Shown: piece after piece, positions 1-18,453 of the stretch | Numbering within the stretch: position 1 is the first letter of the stretch | Layout of the letters: each line of letters begins with the position of its first letter | Origin: Hormiphora californensis | Taxonomy: Eukaryota; Animalia; Ctenophora | Direction of reading: 5' to 3' | Assembly (NCBI GenBank): GCA_020137815.1 | Contig: CM035355.1 | Coordinates: 434,001 to 498,000, forward strand | DNA: 64,000 nucleotides | Position numbers and translations under genes: made by a program | Notes under the pieces: model-generated | The model's input: only the letters and a program-made list of their open reading frames with translations | Databases searched by the model: none | Told to the model about the DNA's origin: nothing

Positions 1-645
1 GGCAATTGCTGTTCGTAGTTTGCTGGGAGCAAGGGCAGATACACAGGTCTGGTTCACAGCAGTAGCAGCTGTCTGGAGAACAGCAGAGTAATTCTGAATC
101 TCGTCCTTTACAACTGTCTGTACAGCGGTCACGCTCTTCTCTAGCATGGTATCTTTCATGGATATGATCGAGTCTTTCAGGGCACTGATCTCTGATTGCA
201 GTTCAATGATCTTGGAATCACGTTCTAATAACAGATCTGTAGCACTGTCAAGACGGTCTCGGGTGTGGTCCAGATGCTCCATAAGCTTCTCTACCTTCTC
301 TTTTGATTCATCGCTACACACAGAACTGTTCTGAACCGATCGCATGTCATCTGACAAGTTCTTCTTAGCTAACCGACTGAGAGGGAGAGCACGATACCAA
401 AGTAAGCCCGCCATATCAGAAATAAAACTAACTTTCTTGTTGGTATCTAGAGTTGAGAGATAGGTGGTGGTCAGCTTGTTCAGGTCAAATGTGCCACCTT
501 CCTTGTTAGGGTCAGGGTACCCACCGACTCGTCTCAAGGTAGATACGATGGACATCTCCAGCCGGCTGTAATCAGCAGTAGCAGCTCTGTTGCCCGGGCC
601 GCCATTCCGCCAGATAGTGAAGGCACGATCCAACTTGGAGGCCAT
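1..645 (-). CDS. LINE ORF1p-like coiled-coil protein, intronless, runs off the window edge (not in the ORF track); lies in an intron of a + strand gene
   Basis: Open frame from ATG at 645 to position 1 (215 codons): MASKLDRAF...ISDMAGLLWYRALP...coiled coil...VQTVVKDEIQNYSAVL...CVSALAPSKLRTAIA. Aligns by eye with the 45278-46198 ORF (EMAGKLLIERVYP; VKTTAKEEMRSFSTVLKKECETSLAPQRIQRAVA). Confidence 0.7.
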   Translation of the reverse strand, partial: MASKLDRAFTIWRNGGPGNRAATADYSRLEMSIVSTLRRVGGYPDPNKEGGTFDLNKLTTTYLSTLDTNKKVSFISDMAGLLWYRALPLSRLAKKNLSDDMRSVQNSSVCSDESKEKVEKLMEHLDHTRDRLDSATDLLLERDSKIIELQSEISALKDSIISMKDTMLEKSVTAVQTVVKDEIQNYSAVLQTAATAVNQTCVSALAPSKLRTAIA

Positions 646-873
646 GCTCGTTCGCGTGTACAACGGTGCAAGATCAAAAAATTATCAGGATCAAAAAATT
701 ACCACATGGGGAAAAAGGGGAATTGGTGCATGTGATATTGATGATCGTTTCAGGAAAAATTTATGGGTTTTTAGGGACACTCAATGAACGAATATAAGCA
801 AGACAATTATTGTATGATGGATCTATCGCAAGGTTGGAATATATAACAGTTGACTAACACCCTCATGTTTCAG

Positions 874-1300
874 GAACACCTACGCAAAGAGGTCATCTCT
901 GAGCGATGAAGAGGAGAGTGACCAGGAGCGATACAACTCTAACAGTAGCATCCCTATCTTTCAATCTAGGTAAATATATATCTCAAAGAGAGACCTGGTT
1001 TGTCAAACAAATTGTTCACTGAATACATGGCTCGTCGCGTCAGTGACCTAAATGTCTCTAAAGTTTAGATCATTGATCCCCCCTACACCAGTATCATGTA
1101 ATTTACAAATTATATCCCTTCTTCCAAATCCACTATCTTTTTAATTACTTTTCCAAATCTCTCTCTTGCCTACTTTCTCCGGAGAGTATGTCCAACCAAT
1201 TGCACCTCAATGACATGTCACTACTTGCAGTTTATCCAAGACAGCATCACGGCGACACCCGGGCTCCCTCTCTTCCTACCTATCACTTCATCCTCATGCA

Positions 1301-1396
<96 letters not shown>

Positions 1397-1565
1397 CCAT
1401 AACACAGTGGGAGGCAGGCAATCTCTTCACGAGTAACTGGAAGGCGTCAGGGGGACGGCCGTCCTCATTCGCACTCCCTCGTTACAAGAGAGAGAGATTT
1501 GTGTGAGTGGTAGAGGGAGTGGAAGAGACAAAGACGCCAATCAATTTGTTACAAAATAGCATCTG

Positions 1566-1635
<70 letters not shown>

Positions 1636-1826
1636 TCACTCCCTACATATTCTTGCTCTAGATCTCTTTATATTATTATATGACATAGTTCTATGAGGGT
1701 TCCCTATTTGATCACATGAAATCACGGCCACTATGAAGAGTTAATGTCACGTGATCCCATATTGTGTCTTCTGTCAAGTCTCATTTCCATTTCATACCTT
1801 CCTCATCTAGGTGCATATTTCTCTCA

Positions 1827-1896
<70 letters not shown>

Positions 1897-2120
1897 AAGA
1901 AATGATATTATATGAGAAGCCTGTAATCATTATATCATGTCATCACATGTATTGTGAATCACTTTTCCCGTCTAAATATATTTTCCAGACCTGTATCAGT
2001 GCAGTGTTTAAAATCACTTTTATACTATACTAAGGCTTCCACTTTTATATTATCTATGATATATCTTCTATGACTTGCCCAATCACCGGGCCAGTGCGTG
2101 AAATATATGCGGCCGAAGTC

Positions 2121-2161
<41 letters not shown>

Positions 2162-3015
2162 GAGAAGGAGAGAGTCAGAGATTCAGAGAGAGGAAATAAT
2201 TTTACAGGGTAGTGAATTAATAATAAAATTTGGCTCCAGTCCCTCCTGCACTTTTACTTTTCCTTCACCTACTCTTATCTTAATTCCTCTCTTTCTCTGC
2301 ACTTCTTATCACACTATCTACCATCTCCCCACATGGTCCCCCTCATTATAACACCCTGTTTGCCCCTTCATTATATGGCCTTATTGATATTATAATTTGC
2401 TCGAACCCTACCAGCCCCAAAATTAGAGTAATATAATGAATTCTAATCTTATCTCTTCCCTCCATCAGAACCATAACCTACTTACCTCTAAGTTCTAACC
2501 ACCCCATCTTTGTCCCCCAACCACCCCACCTTTGTGCCCTAACAATCCGTCCTCACCAGCCAACCTTCCCCTAACCACCCAAAGTCCTAACCACCCAAAG
2601 TCCTAACCACCCAATGTTCTAACTACCCAATTTCCTAACCTCCTCATGTTCTAACCACCCAAAGTCCTAACCTCCTCATGTTCTAACCACCCAACCTTCC
2701 CTTAACCACCCAATGTCTTAACCACATAAAGTCCTAACCACCCAATGTCCTAACCATCCATTGTCATAACCACCCAACCTTCCCCTAACCACCCAATGTC
2801 CTAACCACCCAATGTCCTAACCACCCAATGTCCTAACCACCCAATGTTCTAACCACATAAAGTCCTAACCACCCAAGTCCTAACCACCCAATGTTCTAAC
2901 CACCTCATTCCCCAGTCCCCACAGTTTGGATGGCGAAGATGTGGAACGGCTGAAGACCATAGTTCAGTGGACCTACCTGCAAAATGGCCTTCTTAGTAGG
3001 GACAAATCTAGTTAG
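874..3015 (+). CDS. Last two coding exons of an unidentified gene (874-969, 2925-3015)
   Basis: tttcag|G AAC ACC...NTYAKRSSLSDEEESDQERYNSNSSIPIFQS AG|gtaaat joins in phase 2 to cacag|T TTG GAT...LDGEDVERLKTIVQWTYLQNGLLSRDKSS*. No family recognised; intervening exons cannot be excluded. Confidence 0.45.
2570..2903 (+). repeat. ~16-bp minisatellite (TCCTAACCACCCAATG, ~20 copies) directly upstream of a splice acceptor
   Basis: Direct reading; every unit contains CTAAC/TTAAC/ATAAC. Confidence 0.9.
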
Positions 3016-3620
3016 GGGTAGAGAAGTATCAAGCTAGGATAACCCTCACCCCCTCACACACAAAACACTAGAGAGACAATAGTTAATATATGTATATTAT
3101 CCATGAATATTAGTTATTGAAACCACATAGTAATATATATAAAGGTAAATCATATAAATAACAAAAAAAATATGACATAATGACGTAGTGATGAATTGTG
3201 GCCGATAATGGTTCTTATATATATTTTAGTGGTGTAATGCTAGACAGATTTGTGTTTAGTACTGTATTGTTCATACTGTATCCCACTATCAAGGGTTACA
3301 GTATGAGCAGTACAGTTATTTAGTATACAATTACAGTAGGTTATATATTTTGTGACGAAGCTTATATAATTAACAAATGTTACATTCCTCCCTCCTTCAC
3401 AAATTATGATAAATCACCTCCCGAGAGAGGTATTATTATCGCCCTGTTTTCACCACACAATAATTGCTCCCAACATAACACGCTGAATTCCGGTATTAAT
3501 TGTGCTGTGTGTGTAGATATGATATAATATATGTGTGAACGATGGTATCAATCAAAACTTACACATTTATAAGCTTTTGAAAATTATGAAATATTGTATT
3601 AGGAGAATGAGAGCTTGAAT

Positions 3621-3729
3621 CAGGAACCGACCGAATCAGGAAATACTGGTCCCTGATTGGCTGATAACCAGTCACGTGACCTAAATAACGAGTTCTGATT
3701 GGCTGTTTACTTGTTTCGGTCGGTTCTTG
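3621..3729. mobile_element. 109-bp hAT-like MITE
   Basis: TIRs CAGGAACCGACCGAA / TTCGGTCGGTTCTTG; exact 8-bp target-site duplication GCTTGAAT at 3613-3620 and 3730-3737. Confidence 0.9.
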
Positions 3730-4180
3730 GCTTGAATCTTATTAATATCTTTGTGGTTATATAATCGGAACAGTTATGATGTATAATTGTGAACATATGG
3801 TGGTGTATGTAATGGCCCATTTAACATGAATATATTATGTATAACACACAGTAATAATTGATTCATGATTATTGATTATTGAGAGAGAGAGTGTATAGGG
3901 AGATCAAGATTCAAGTGGTACAAAGTGGTTTTGTTTTGCCCGTAGCTAAATCATGGCTAAGATATATGGTCATTTTCTTTATGCATTCAATTCAAATCAC
4001 GATATATACCCAAATGTAACTTTCAATGTTTTAGATATATTATTTTAGTGTTATAATATTAGGCCCAAATATAATATACATTTATGTTTAATACCAAACT
4101 AAACCTTCTCGGATTGTCCCCCCATTTTTGGTGTGCTGAGGGACAATCCAAAGGAGGACAGTTTACCCTATGTGTGTATG

Positions 4181-4298
4181 ACGGCCTCCCTTGCACCTCG
4201 GGAAGTCAACAATCGGTCTGCGCACACATCCCTGGGAGATCTTCCAGAGATGTGTGCGCAGATCGATTGTTGACTTCCCGAGGTGCAAGGGAGGCCGT
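4181..4298. mobile_element. Palindromic MITE-like hairpin (~58-bp arms)
   Basis: ACGGCCTCCCTTGCACCTCGGGAAGTCAACAATCG... mirrored by ...CGATTGTTGACTTCCCGAGGTGCAAGGGAGGCCGT. Confidence 0.75.
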
Positions 4299-5763
4299 GA
4301 GTATGGTCATGTCTGCTGTTGCAGCTCTGCTGTAGAAGCAGGCAGGTTACCACATATTATATATTTTTCGTTATAGTTATATTTCCAATTTAGGCAAAAT
4401 ACTACACAGCTTTAGGTAAAGGGTAGGTCCAGTATTTTTTACGAAATAGAATTCTTTAGAATCTCATATGATAGTGTTGGTGTGTGATGTGAATCTAGGT
4501 AAAATATAAGTTATTCAAATATCACATTCCACACACCTACTGCGGATCCCAAAGTTAAAATTGAAGGATGCTCCTTCCTGCTTTCTAATATCTATTTACA
4601 CAGGGTATGTCAGTGGCAGATCACCTATCACAAGTGTAAAGTTCCAAAGTTGATCTCACACACACAGGAGGAACCAGATACTGCACTGATATACACTGAT
4701 ACATATATATATATCCACACTATAATACATGTGTTTAGTTGTTCATATATGTTCTTTTTTTCCCCGAAAATTCATTCTACTGATATCTCTCTCTCTTGCC
4801 AAGCTAGACTGCAATTCGCGCGCCCATAAAATAAAAAGGGTTTGAACAAAACAATATCTCTCCCTATTTGATATATCTCTGGTTTGAGGTAAAAAATTAC
4901 CCACACGTTAGTTTCTGACAATTAGAGGGTGATATCAGCTAAAAACACGTGTAATTTTCAAGAAAAAGAACTTTCACAAACACACGTACACAAATTAGAA
5001 AATGATATTTCTATTTATAGGTACATTTGTTGATAATATATTTAGGAGTGCCAAAATTATGTATCTTTTCCCCTAGTTATTAAACTGAGTTTAAACAGTT
5101 TTAGACAAGAATATGATTGAGAGAATGCTATATTTTTAGTGTGAAAATCAGTTAGGAGTGTTACATCTGTGCCTCACTATACACGCAAACACCATTATAT
5201 ACCGTGCTTATATCGTGCTTACACGATAATGCGGTGTATGTGAGTATGAGTGTGTGTGAGATGCATATATGGTCTACTAGAGACAGTGAAACTATAAAAT
5301 TGTTCCCCATTTTCCAATATCTAGAGGCAGTGAAACTATAAAATTGTTCCCAATATAAGTTGTTCTCTCAATACACATCCTTTCAGATGAAAATGAAGCT
5401 TATTCTTTTGTTTGTATCTCACCCTGGTCCCCCCCTGGCCCCCCCTAGCCCGGGGGGCTATTGTTTACGCATCAATGAGTCCAGCATTGTTATGCATCAC
5501 AGATCGGAGGGATAAATTTGCTTTTACCACGTCCACTCAATAAACACTAGTATATATGCCGTCCCTTTCTTTCTTTGTTCATTCGTATCTCTCTATCCCT
5601 CACTCTCACTCACTCTATCCCTCGCCCTTTCTACTTCTATACTTCTCTCTCACTCTCCTTATCTATCTCTCTTTCTCTCTCTAAGCCCCCTTCCGTCCCC
5701 CGTGCTGGTGATCTAAGCGGTGGAAATATTTGTGAATATAAAGGTAGCGAGCTAATAGCTCTC

Positions 5764-5829
<66 letters not shown>

Positions 5830-6967
5830 TATCTATCTCTCTAGTCTCTATCTCCCTATCTCTCTCTCTCTCCCTACCCTCTCTCTCCCTCTGTCTCTGT
5901 CTCTCTCCCCTCGCTTTACATATTGTCACAGGTCATATTATAATACACTCTTTAGTCATTCGGCCCATATTAACACCATGGTCATTTCTTTATTTCTCTC
6001 TCTCTCTCTCTCTCTCTCGGCCAATAACTAGCAGGATGGAATATAAAAAAATTTCATTGGAAAGTTAAAAAATTTTTAATGGTTTATTAAATTTCAGGCA
6101 AAGGGGGCCTTTCTTTCCTCCAGCCTTTCTTTCAAGCCCCCTTCCTGCCCCGTGCTGGTGATCTAAGCGGGGAAATATTTGGGAATTAAAGGGAGAGAGC
6201 AAAGAGAGCAGCGATTATGATATAAAGAAAGCGGGAAGAGATAGAGATAGATGATAGAGATAGAATGAGATATAGTATATCTATAGATATATCTACTATA
6301 TATATATATATATATCTAATAGATTATATCATAGAGGAGTATATAGTCGATATTTTATACATATATATCTCCTCTCACTACCCTTCTCACCCTAATGTCT
6401 CGTCTCTATCCCTAGATTGTAATCTTTTACATATTGTCACCCAGGTCAAGTATATAAACTACCACTCTTGAGTCATTCGGAAAAAGACGTAAAACAAAGC
6501 GGGAAACCGGGAGCGGAGGGATAGAGTCAAAGAGACCGCAACCGAGACACGAGACGAGAGCCAGCGAAAGAGACGAAAGCATTACTAAAGAGTGATAGTA
6601 GAGAGAGAGAGCTAACTATAGCGCTTCTCTCTCTCTCCTATCTCTCTCTACTCTCTATTCTCTTCTCTCTCTATCTCTCATTCCTCTCTCTCGGCTCTCT
6701 CTCTCTTACCCGCTCTCCCAATAACCGTGGGTTATCGGCCAGAATAAGCAGGGAAAAAGCAGGAAATGGGGCGAGAATAATAATGGAAATCAGACCACAT
6801 TTCATGACGGAAAAGTTAACCTCATTATAACTATGTTATGTTAACTTCTTTACCAATGCCAGTGGCAAAGGGTAATTCTACTTTCTTTCTGTTCCCAACT
6901 CGTGTATAATTACTCGTTAATTGAATGGTTAGGTTTAATGAAGCCCTCACACCAGCTGTGTTGTTGT

Positions 6968-8273
6968 CACGGGTGCCTGTGAAACTTAACACGACCTAGC
7001 ATGCAACGGGAAAACCACACTTGTTACGTGGTAGCTGAGGGTCTACAGAATGGCGCTACGGTGCCGGGGATAAAAAACTCCATTCCCTAAATCGTTTATT
7101 TACGTTTTATTGATTGTGGGTCAAAATGTGGCTTATTAAGTGGTCCCGAAAAATCGCATAATGACTTAGCACACGAATATGTCACCCTACCTTATTTTGC
7201 ACGAGAATCGATTGCCGTAAGTCGAATCTTAAAATGACTGTAAAATGGTCAAAAGTATTTTTTACCATTTTTGGAGGTTTTGGCCCCTAAACCATTGAAA
7301 ACGTGAGATAGGAATTTGAAATTGTGCCAATCGTTAAAATGGTCATTTCTACAAGAACCAAGTTTTCGTGTATATCCGATTTAGGTTAGATTTGGGCAAA
7401 TTGTTGAAATCTGCCAACTAGGAGACCGTAACTAGGTTCTTGTTTTTTGGATTTTGGCATTTTTGACAAACTTCTGATTGAAATGCGTCAATCGGGACCA
7501 TGACTTAAGTTGTTCTATGGGACAATTTTCGACTAAAATCCAAGATTTCATACCAATCCAATAACAGATTGTGATTTATAGAAAATAAGTAGGCAAAACG
7601 GTCAAAATAGCAGAAACAAAAGTTGTCATTTGACCGTTTTGCCTACTTAAATTTTCAAAAATCAAAACGATCTGTTTATTGGTATGGTATGGAATATCTT
7701 GGATTTAGTCGAAATTGTCCCATAAACAACTTAAGCATGGTCCCGATTGACCATTTCAATCAGAAGGTTGTCAAAAATGCCAAAATCAAAAACAAGAAAA
7801 TCAAGTTACGGTTCCCTAGTTGGCAGATTTTCAACAATTTGTGCCCAAATCTAACCATAAATCGGATATACACGAAAACTTGGTTCTTGGTAGAAAAATG
7901 ACCATTTTAACGATTGGCACGAGTTTCAAATCCTATCTCAACGCTTTCAATGGTTTAGGGCCAAAAAACCTCCAAAAAATCAACTTTGACCATTTTACAG
8001 TCATTTTAGAGATTCGACTTCAACGGCAATCGATTCTACGTGCAAAAAATAGGTTAGGGTGAATATTTCGTGTGCATAAGTCATATGGATTTTTCGGGAC
8101 CACGTTTAATATAGCCAATTTGACCAAATCAAATAAAAGTAAAAAAACGATTTAGGGAATGGATTTTTTTTATCCCGCACCGGGCGCCATTCTGTAGACC
8201 CTCAGCTACACGTACAAGTGGGGGTTTCCCGTTGCATGCTAGGTCGTGTTAAAATTTCACCAGGCACGCCGTG
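6968..8273. mobile_element. 1.3-kb fold-back non-autonomous DNA element (CAC...GTG termini)
   Basis: Two ~640-bp inverted arms centred near 7615, e.g. AACACGACCTAGCATGCAACGGGAAA vs TTTCCCGTTGCATGCTAGGTCGTGTT; no coding capacity; no clean TSD. Confidence 0.8.
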
Positions 8274-9723
8274 CGTGTGTGATAGTGTGATCCTATGAGG
8301 TCCTGGAATGTAGTAGTAGTCATGATTATAATTATAGTAGTCATTGTTATGTACTAACTCATGGAGTAGTGGCACAAAAGGAATTCCAACCGCCTCCGAT
8401 ATAGATTACAATTCGGGGGATCATTCAGTACCCTCTATTCTTTTTTATCTCTCTGCTAGATTTCTCTATAATTTCATGTATTTGCTCTAAATTTATTATA
8501 ATTTCTTCAGCTCTATCTCTCTCTATCTCTCTCTATATCTCTCTCTCTCTCTATCTCTCTCTCTCTCTCTCTCTTATCTTATATTCATCTATATCTCTCT
8601 TTCACTCATCTCTCTCTTCTATCTCTCTCTTGTTCAATTTATTGGTCATTTTTGTTTCTAATTTAGGACCCAAAACCCATATCATCACACCACTTATCAG
8701 TGATGTATAACACGCCTCTCGCGGTAGATGAATCCATACAAGGACAATTACATGGCCTGAATTGGGATGGCCCACACACACGCGACACAAGGCCACACAC
8801 ACACACACACACACACACATCTTCTTTCTCATTCCGTCTCTCTCTCACTTTCACTCGACCAATGGCTCCTGGAGTAGATATAATGGAGGGGCGATCAAAC
8901 AATGTGTAGAGTTGAGTGCGCACGACTAGCAACGGTGCACGCGCGCGCACTCGCATACACCCATTTCTGGGTGCGTGTGTGTGTGTGTGTGTGTCGCTCG
9001 AGTTGACTGTTCGGACTGACTCTCCGGAGACAGTACGAACAGTAGCCAAGCGTTGTCCGTTACTACTGTTGGATTGCCTCTCGTAAGTAAGCTCCAAGAG
9101 AGTATGAACGCGATGATTGGTTACTGTCAATGAGTCATTTATCATCATATCTCTATTTGGCATCTCCCAAAATGTTCCATCTGGAGACTGGAAACAATCC
9201 AGCTTTCAGAGAAGTTCTATTAGGTTGGCGCAGTGAAAGTCAGTATTTTGGAAAGGCATAAATAACATTAACAGGTCATGTGACAGACAATATTGCCAAA
9301 AGGGAGCTGGGAGAAAGAGCAGAGCATGAAAAATAGGAGACGATCTGCTCCTAACCTTGAAACCGATAAGCTTACAAATATAGGCTGTCTGGTAACGCTA
9401 ACCCGATCTGAGTGCCGCTAGACAGGAAAATGGGACAGAAAGACGGAGAAAACTTTGGCAAATCATGATTTGCCGACAACCATCTCCAAATCCATACTGA
9501 CTGTTATAGTCTCATTAATATATGTAGCTCTACAATTTACAAACTATATACTCTCAGTTATACATGTCACTTATATATACATAATACATACAATCGTTCA
9601 TTAACCAACTCCACGGCAAAATGTTCTACATCGATAACGTGATACGTATTCAGTATGATAATGTTCATTGTTCGCAACGAATTCATACATATTGGAATGT
9701 CAAAAAGGTGCCAGATAACTTGT

Positions 9724-14931
<5,208 letters not shown>

Positions 14932-17179
14932 AGTGGCAAATTCTTATTTTTAATTCTACCTACACTTTCCTTGGGGCGTTACATCCTGAACAAAAAACAT
15001 TATTACTATTTGCTTCTTACTTCCATGAATTAATAAGGCTAAGTAAGTGGCAGCTTTTAAGAGATCCCCCGTAACTAAAATTTTTTGATAATTCTCAGCT
15101 GTACCTACATGAAAAATGGATGTGGTAACTTTACGATAAATATAAATCACTCCATCAATAGACAATAATAGATCTACAGAATTGCACAAACTATAAAATG
15201 GAAATAATCAACGGGCGTAAATAAGGTTGATATCCATGGTTTCACTATTATATTTAGTATGTATCGATGCCATGGTCCTGACTTGTCTTGCTCGCCCTTG
15301 TTCTCCCTGTTTTTGAAAAGGGGTTGGACAAAACAATTCAGATCTTGCAGGCTAATCAGGGTTCTCATAAGGAGCGTGAAACACAACCGCTACCAAACAA
15401 CTTCTGCATAGTTTTGATGGGTCTGATATTGTTTGACGAAAGAACGTCTTAGCCTCATTACCCATTGCAGCCTGCAGGCCCCTCTAACGAAGTAATAACA
15501 TACTGGAGGAATACAGGGGCGAAGCTAGGCTGGGTTCTGTGGGTCCAGAACCCACTTTTTGGACAAGAGAAGAGAGGAAAATGGGAAAATTTGCTAAAAA
15601 GTGAAAGAATCGGCTAAAAAACAAAAAAGTGAAAAAACGAGCCAATTTTCAATTGAAAAAAAAAACGCGACGCACGCGCGCGAGAAAGAGCTAATACGGC
15701 AGCGCTATTGATCAATATTAATGTAACGCGCGAAAAAATTAAAGAAAACAAAATTTAATTTTAAGAAAGTGAATTTTTAATTTTATAAATTTCACTTTCT
15801 TAAAAAAGATTTAAAAAAACTTTCTTAAGATTTCTGATTTTGTCGTCAAATTTTGTTGACCAAACTCCAAAGTCATCTAAAAAATTTCTCGCGATGAAAG
15901 TTGTGTCCTAGAAACACATACATTTAACATTTTTTTAGCAAAAAATGTATTACCTTACTCTCGTTTTTTTAAGAAACGCTTTAGTAAGAAACTTTTTTTA
16001 AGAAACTTTTCAAATGTAAATCACACAATTCAGAGACATCACAACAAAATAGAACACCCCTAATTTGTTTAGTTTCTTGATAAAGGAGAAATTCTTTTTG
16101 TTTTTGGATTGCTTACACCTGTAGATTCCTAGGAAAAAAGTTTTTTATTTAAAAGTTTCTTGAAATATGCGAGCTTAATTAACGAGAGTAAGGTATTTCC
16201 CTGCCCGGGTGAATGCTTAAAACAGAAACGTCTCTAGTGAGTGGGGGAATTCCCCGGGAGATCTCCCTGGGGGAGGCTGTAACCCACATCTAACAATATT
16301 TCCATTATATAGAGATCTGATGCCTTACTATGGCTCTGTGTGTGGCTAGCAGGGCACTCCCAGCGTTCGTTTTTTCATCCTATCTCCACACTCCGACTAG
16401 TGGTGCCAGCAGTACCAGAAGAAGATTCCGGAATGCCTGTCTTGAGTATGGTATTGTAGGGAGCATAGTACATCTTAGCAATTCACTCCTTACTTTTGGG
16501 ACCTGCTACCTTGTCGTCACAAAGTGAGTAGAATTCACTTCGAGAGCTCAATGAACCGAAATTGATTGGATATGTACCATCATAGCACTGGCAAGTGCCC
16601 CGGGCCCAAAAGGGGGGTGTGGGGGCACAGCCCCACCACAAACGGGGGTGTGGGGGCAGAGCCCCCACCTTAGAAATACCCTCTAACTCAAAAAACAAAA
16701 GAGAGAGCACACGCAACACTTCTACACACAAGCGCATGAAAACCTGCCAGTGCTACTATATACCATTGCAGATTTCGAGGTTTTTGATGGTTTAAAAAAG
16801 CATGTTCCAGATGAAGTAGAGAGCTGAAATTTTGTACTCTGAGGGCCCTCATATAGGTGAAGAGGCATGCAACTTTTCAGAACGATAGGATGTAAGGTAA
16901 AAATTTGCCAGAGGGGTCCCAAAATGCAAAAATGTAAGGAGGGGAGGAGGGGGAGGACGCTTTTTTATCTTTGAGTGTTCTCCTAAACCACAAATAGTAG
17001 AGACTTGCCGTTTGAAACAGTGGTTCCTTACATCATTGCGCTCGGTAATAGCTGTGTGAGAACTTCGAAATCGCCATAGTTCATTAATTATTCATTAATT
17101 GGTCATTAAATATCCATTTTAACCATTGTTGCGATATGACACGACTCAAAGGTCATAAAGACTTGAAACCGGTGTTAGT

Positions 17180-17765
17180 CGACGCGGAATGGTCGATTTA
17201 TGGGGGGTCTTACTCCGGACAAAAATCTCTATCTCGCACCGTTAAGCCGCTATTTGCATATTTATGTACCTATTCACGATTTTATGCATATTTTCAATAT
17301 TTTCACTTTGGCTGGTCCTAGAACGTTTTCATGGACATATTTCGTCGAAAAATAGTCGATTTATGGGGGGTCGTCCCCCGGACAAAAAGTCGTATCTCGC
17401 ACCGTTTAGCTGTTATTTGCATATTTATGCACCGATTCATGATTTTATGCATATTCTAAATATTTCTAGTTCCGCTGGTCCTAGAACGTTTTCATGGACA
17501 TATTTCGACGCAAAATAGTCGATTTATGGGGGGTCTTACTCGGGACAAAAATCTCTATCTCGCACCGTTAAGCCGTTGTTTGCATATTTATGCACCGATT
17601 CATGTTTTAATGCATATTCTTAATATTTCCACTTCGGCTGGTCCTAGAACGTTTTCATGGACATATTCCGGCGCAGAATAGTCGATTTATGGGGGGTCAT
17701 TCCCTGGACAAAAAGTCGTATCTCTCACCGTTTAGTCGTTATTCCGGGTTATTCGCATATTTATG
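17180..17765 (+). repeat. ~163-bp tandem repeat (about 4 copies) inside a larger interspersed element beginning near 16590
   Basis: GTCGATTTATGGGGGG recurs at ~17192, 17356, 17518, 17681. Confidence 0.85.
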
Positions 17766-17767
17766 TA

Positions 17768-17939
17768 CAGTCGGACCCCGATTTAACGGCACCCTCGGGG
17801 GAAAGGGTTTTGTCCGTTAAATCGGGGTGTCCGCTAAATCGGGGTAAAATACTGTTAATTTCCTATATCGGGGGAAGATTATCCTTCCGTTAAATCGGGG
17901 TGCCGTTAAATCGGGGGCCGTTAAATCGGGGTTCGACTG
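17768..17939. mobile_element. Tc1/mariner-pogo-type MITE
   Basis: TA|CAGTCGGACCCCGATTTAACGGC ... GCCGTTAAATCGGGGTTCGACTG|TA; internal reiterated TAAATCGGGG. Confidence 0.85.
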
Positions 17940-18012
17940 TATTATTCAAATTCGAAAATATGCAGAAATCAGAAAAAATAGCGTTTTCTATTTTATACCA
18001 AAAAGAACAGAA

Positions 18013-18275
18013 ATTAAGTCCAAAAACCAATTAAATAAATTAGTTTGGATGCCCAGGCCCATGCCCCATGTGGTGTCACGGGGGTAACACCTTTAGGCTA
18101 CTGTCATAAATGATGGATATCGAGAGAGATGCAAAGGAAATTAGTATAGAAAGAGTGCGATATAATCAAGAAAGACGGAGAGATAAATAAGAGGAGAGAG
18201 AAAAAGAGAGAGATATAGTGAAAGAAACAGTTAGAGAGAAAGAAAGAGAGAGAGAGAGAGAGAAATAGTGAGAGA

Positions 18276-18315
<40 letters not shown>

Positions 18316-18453
18316 TAGAGATAGACAGATTGAAGGATAACAATTAACGAGATATGCCGTTAATTATGACAGTAGCCTAAAGGTGTTACCCCCGTGACAC
18401 CACATGGGCCCGGGCATCCAAACTAATTTATTTAATTGGTTTTTGGACTTAAT
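18013..18453. repeat. ~95-bp inverted repeats enclosing an AG microsatellite
   Basis: 18013-18109 is the near reverse complement of 18364-18453. Confidence 0.85.

Noticed and set aside
2570-2903. Interstitial telomeric repeat (CCTAA/TTAGG-like)
   Set aside because: CCTAA is embedded in a 16-bp unit rather than tandem 5- or 6-mers.
5683-6900. Apparent tandem duplication (5683-6130 vs 6134-6900)
   Set aside because: Copies differ by scattered indels typical of noisy reads and contain no coding signal; probably misassembly.
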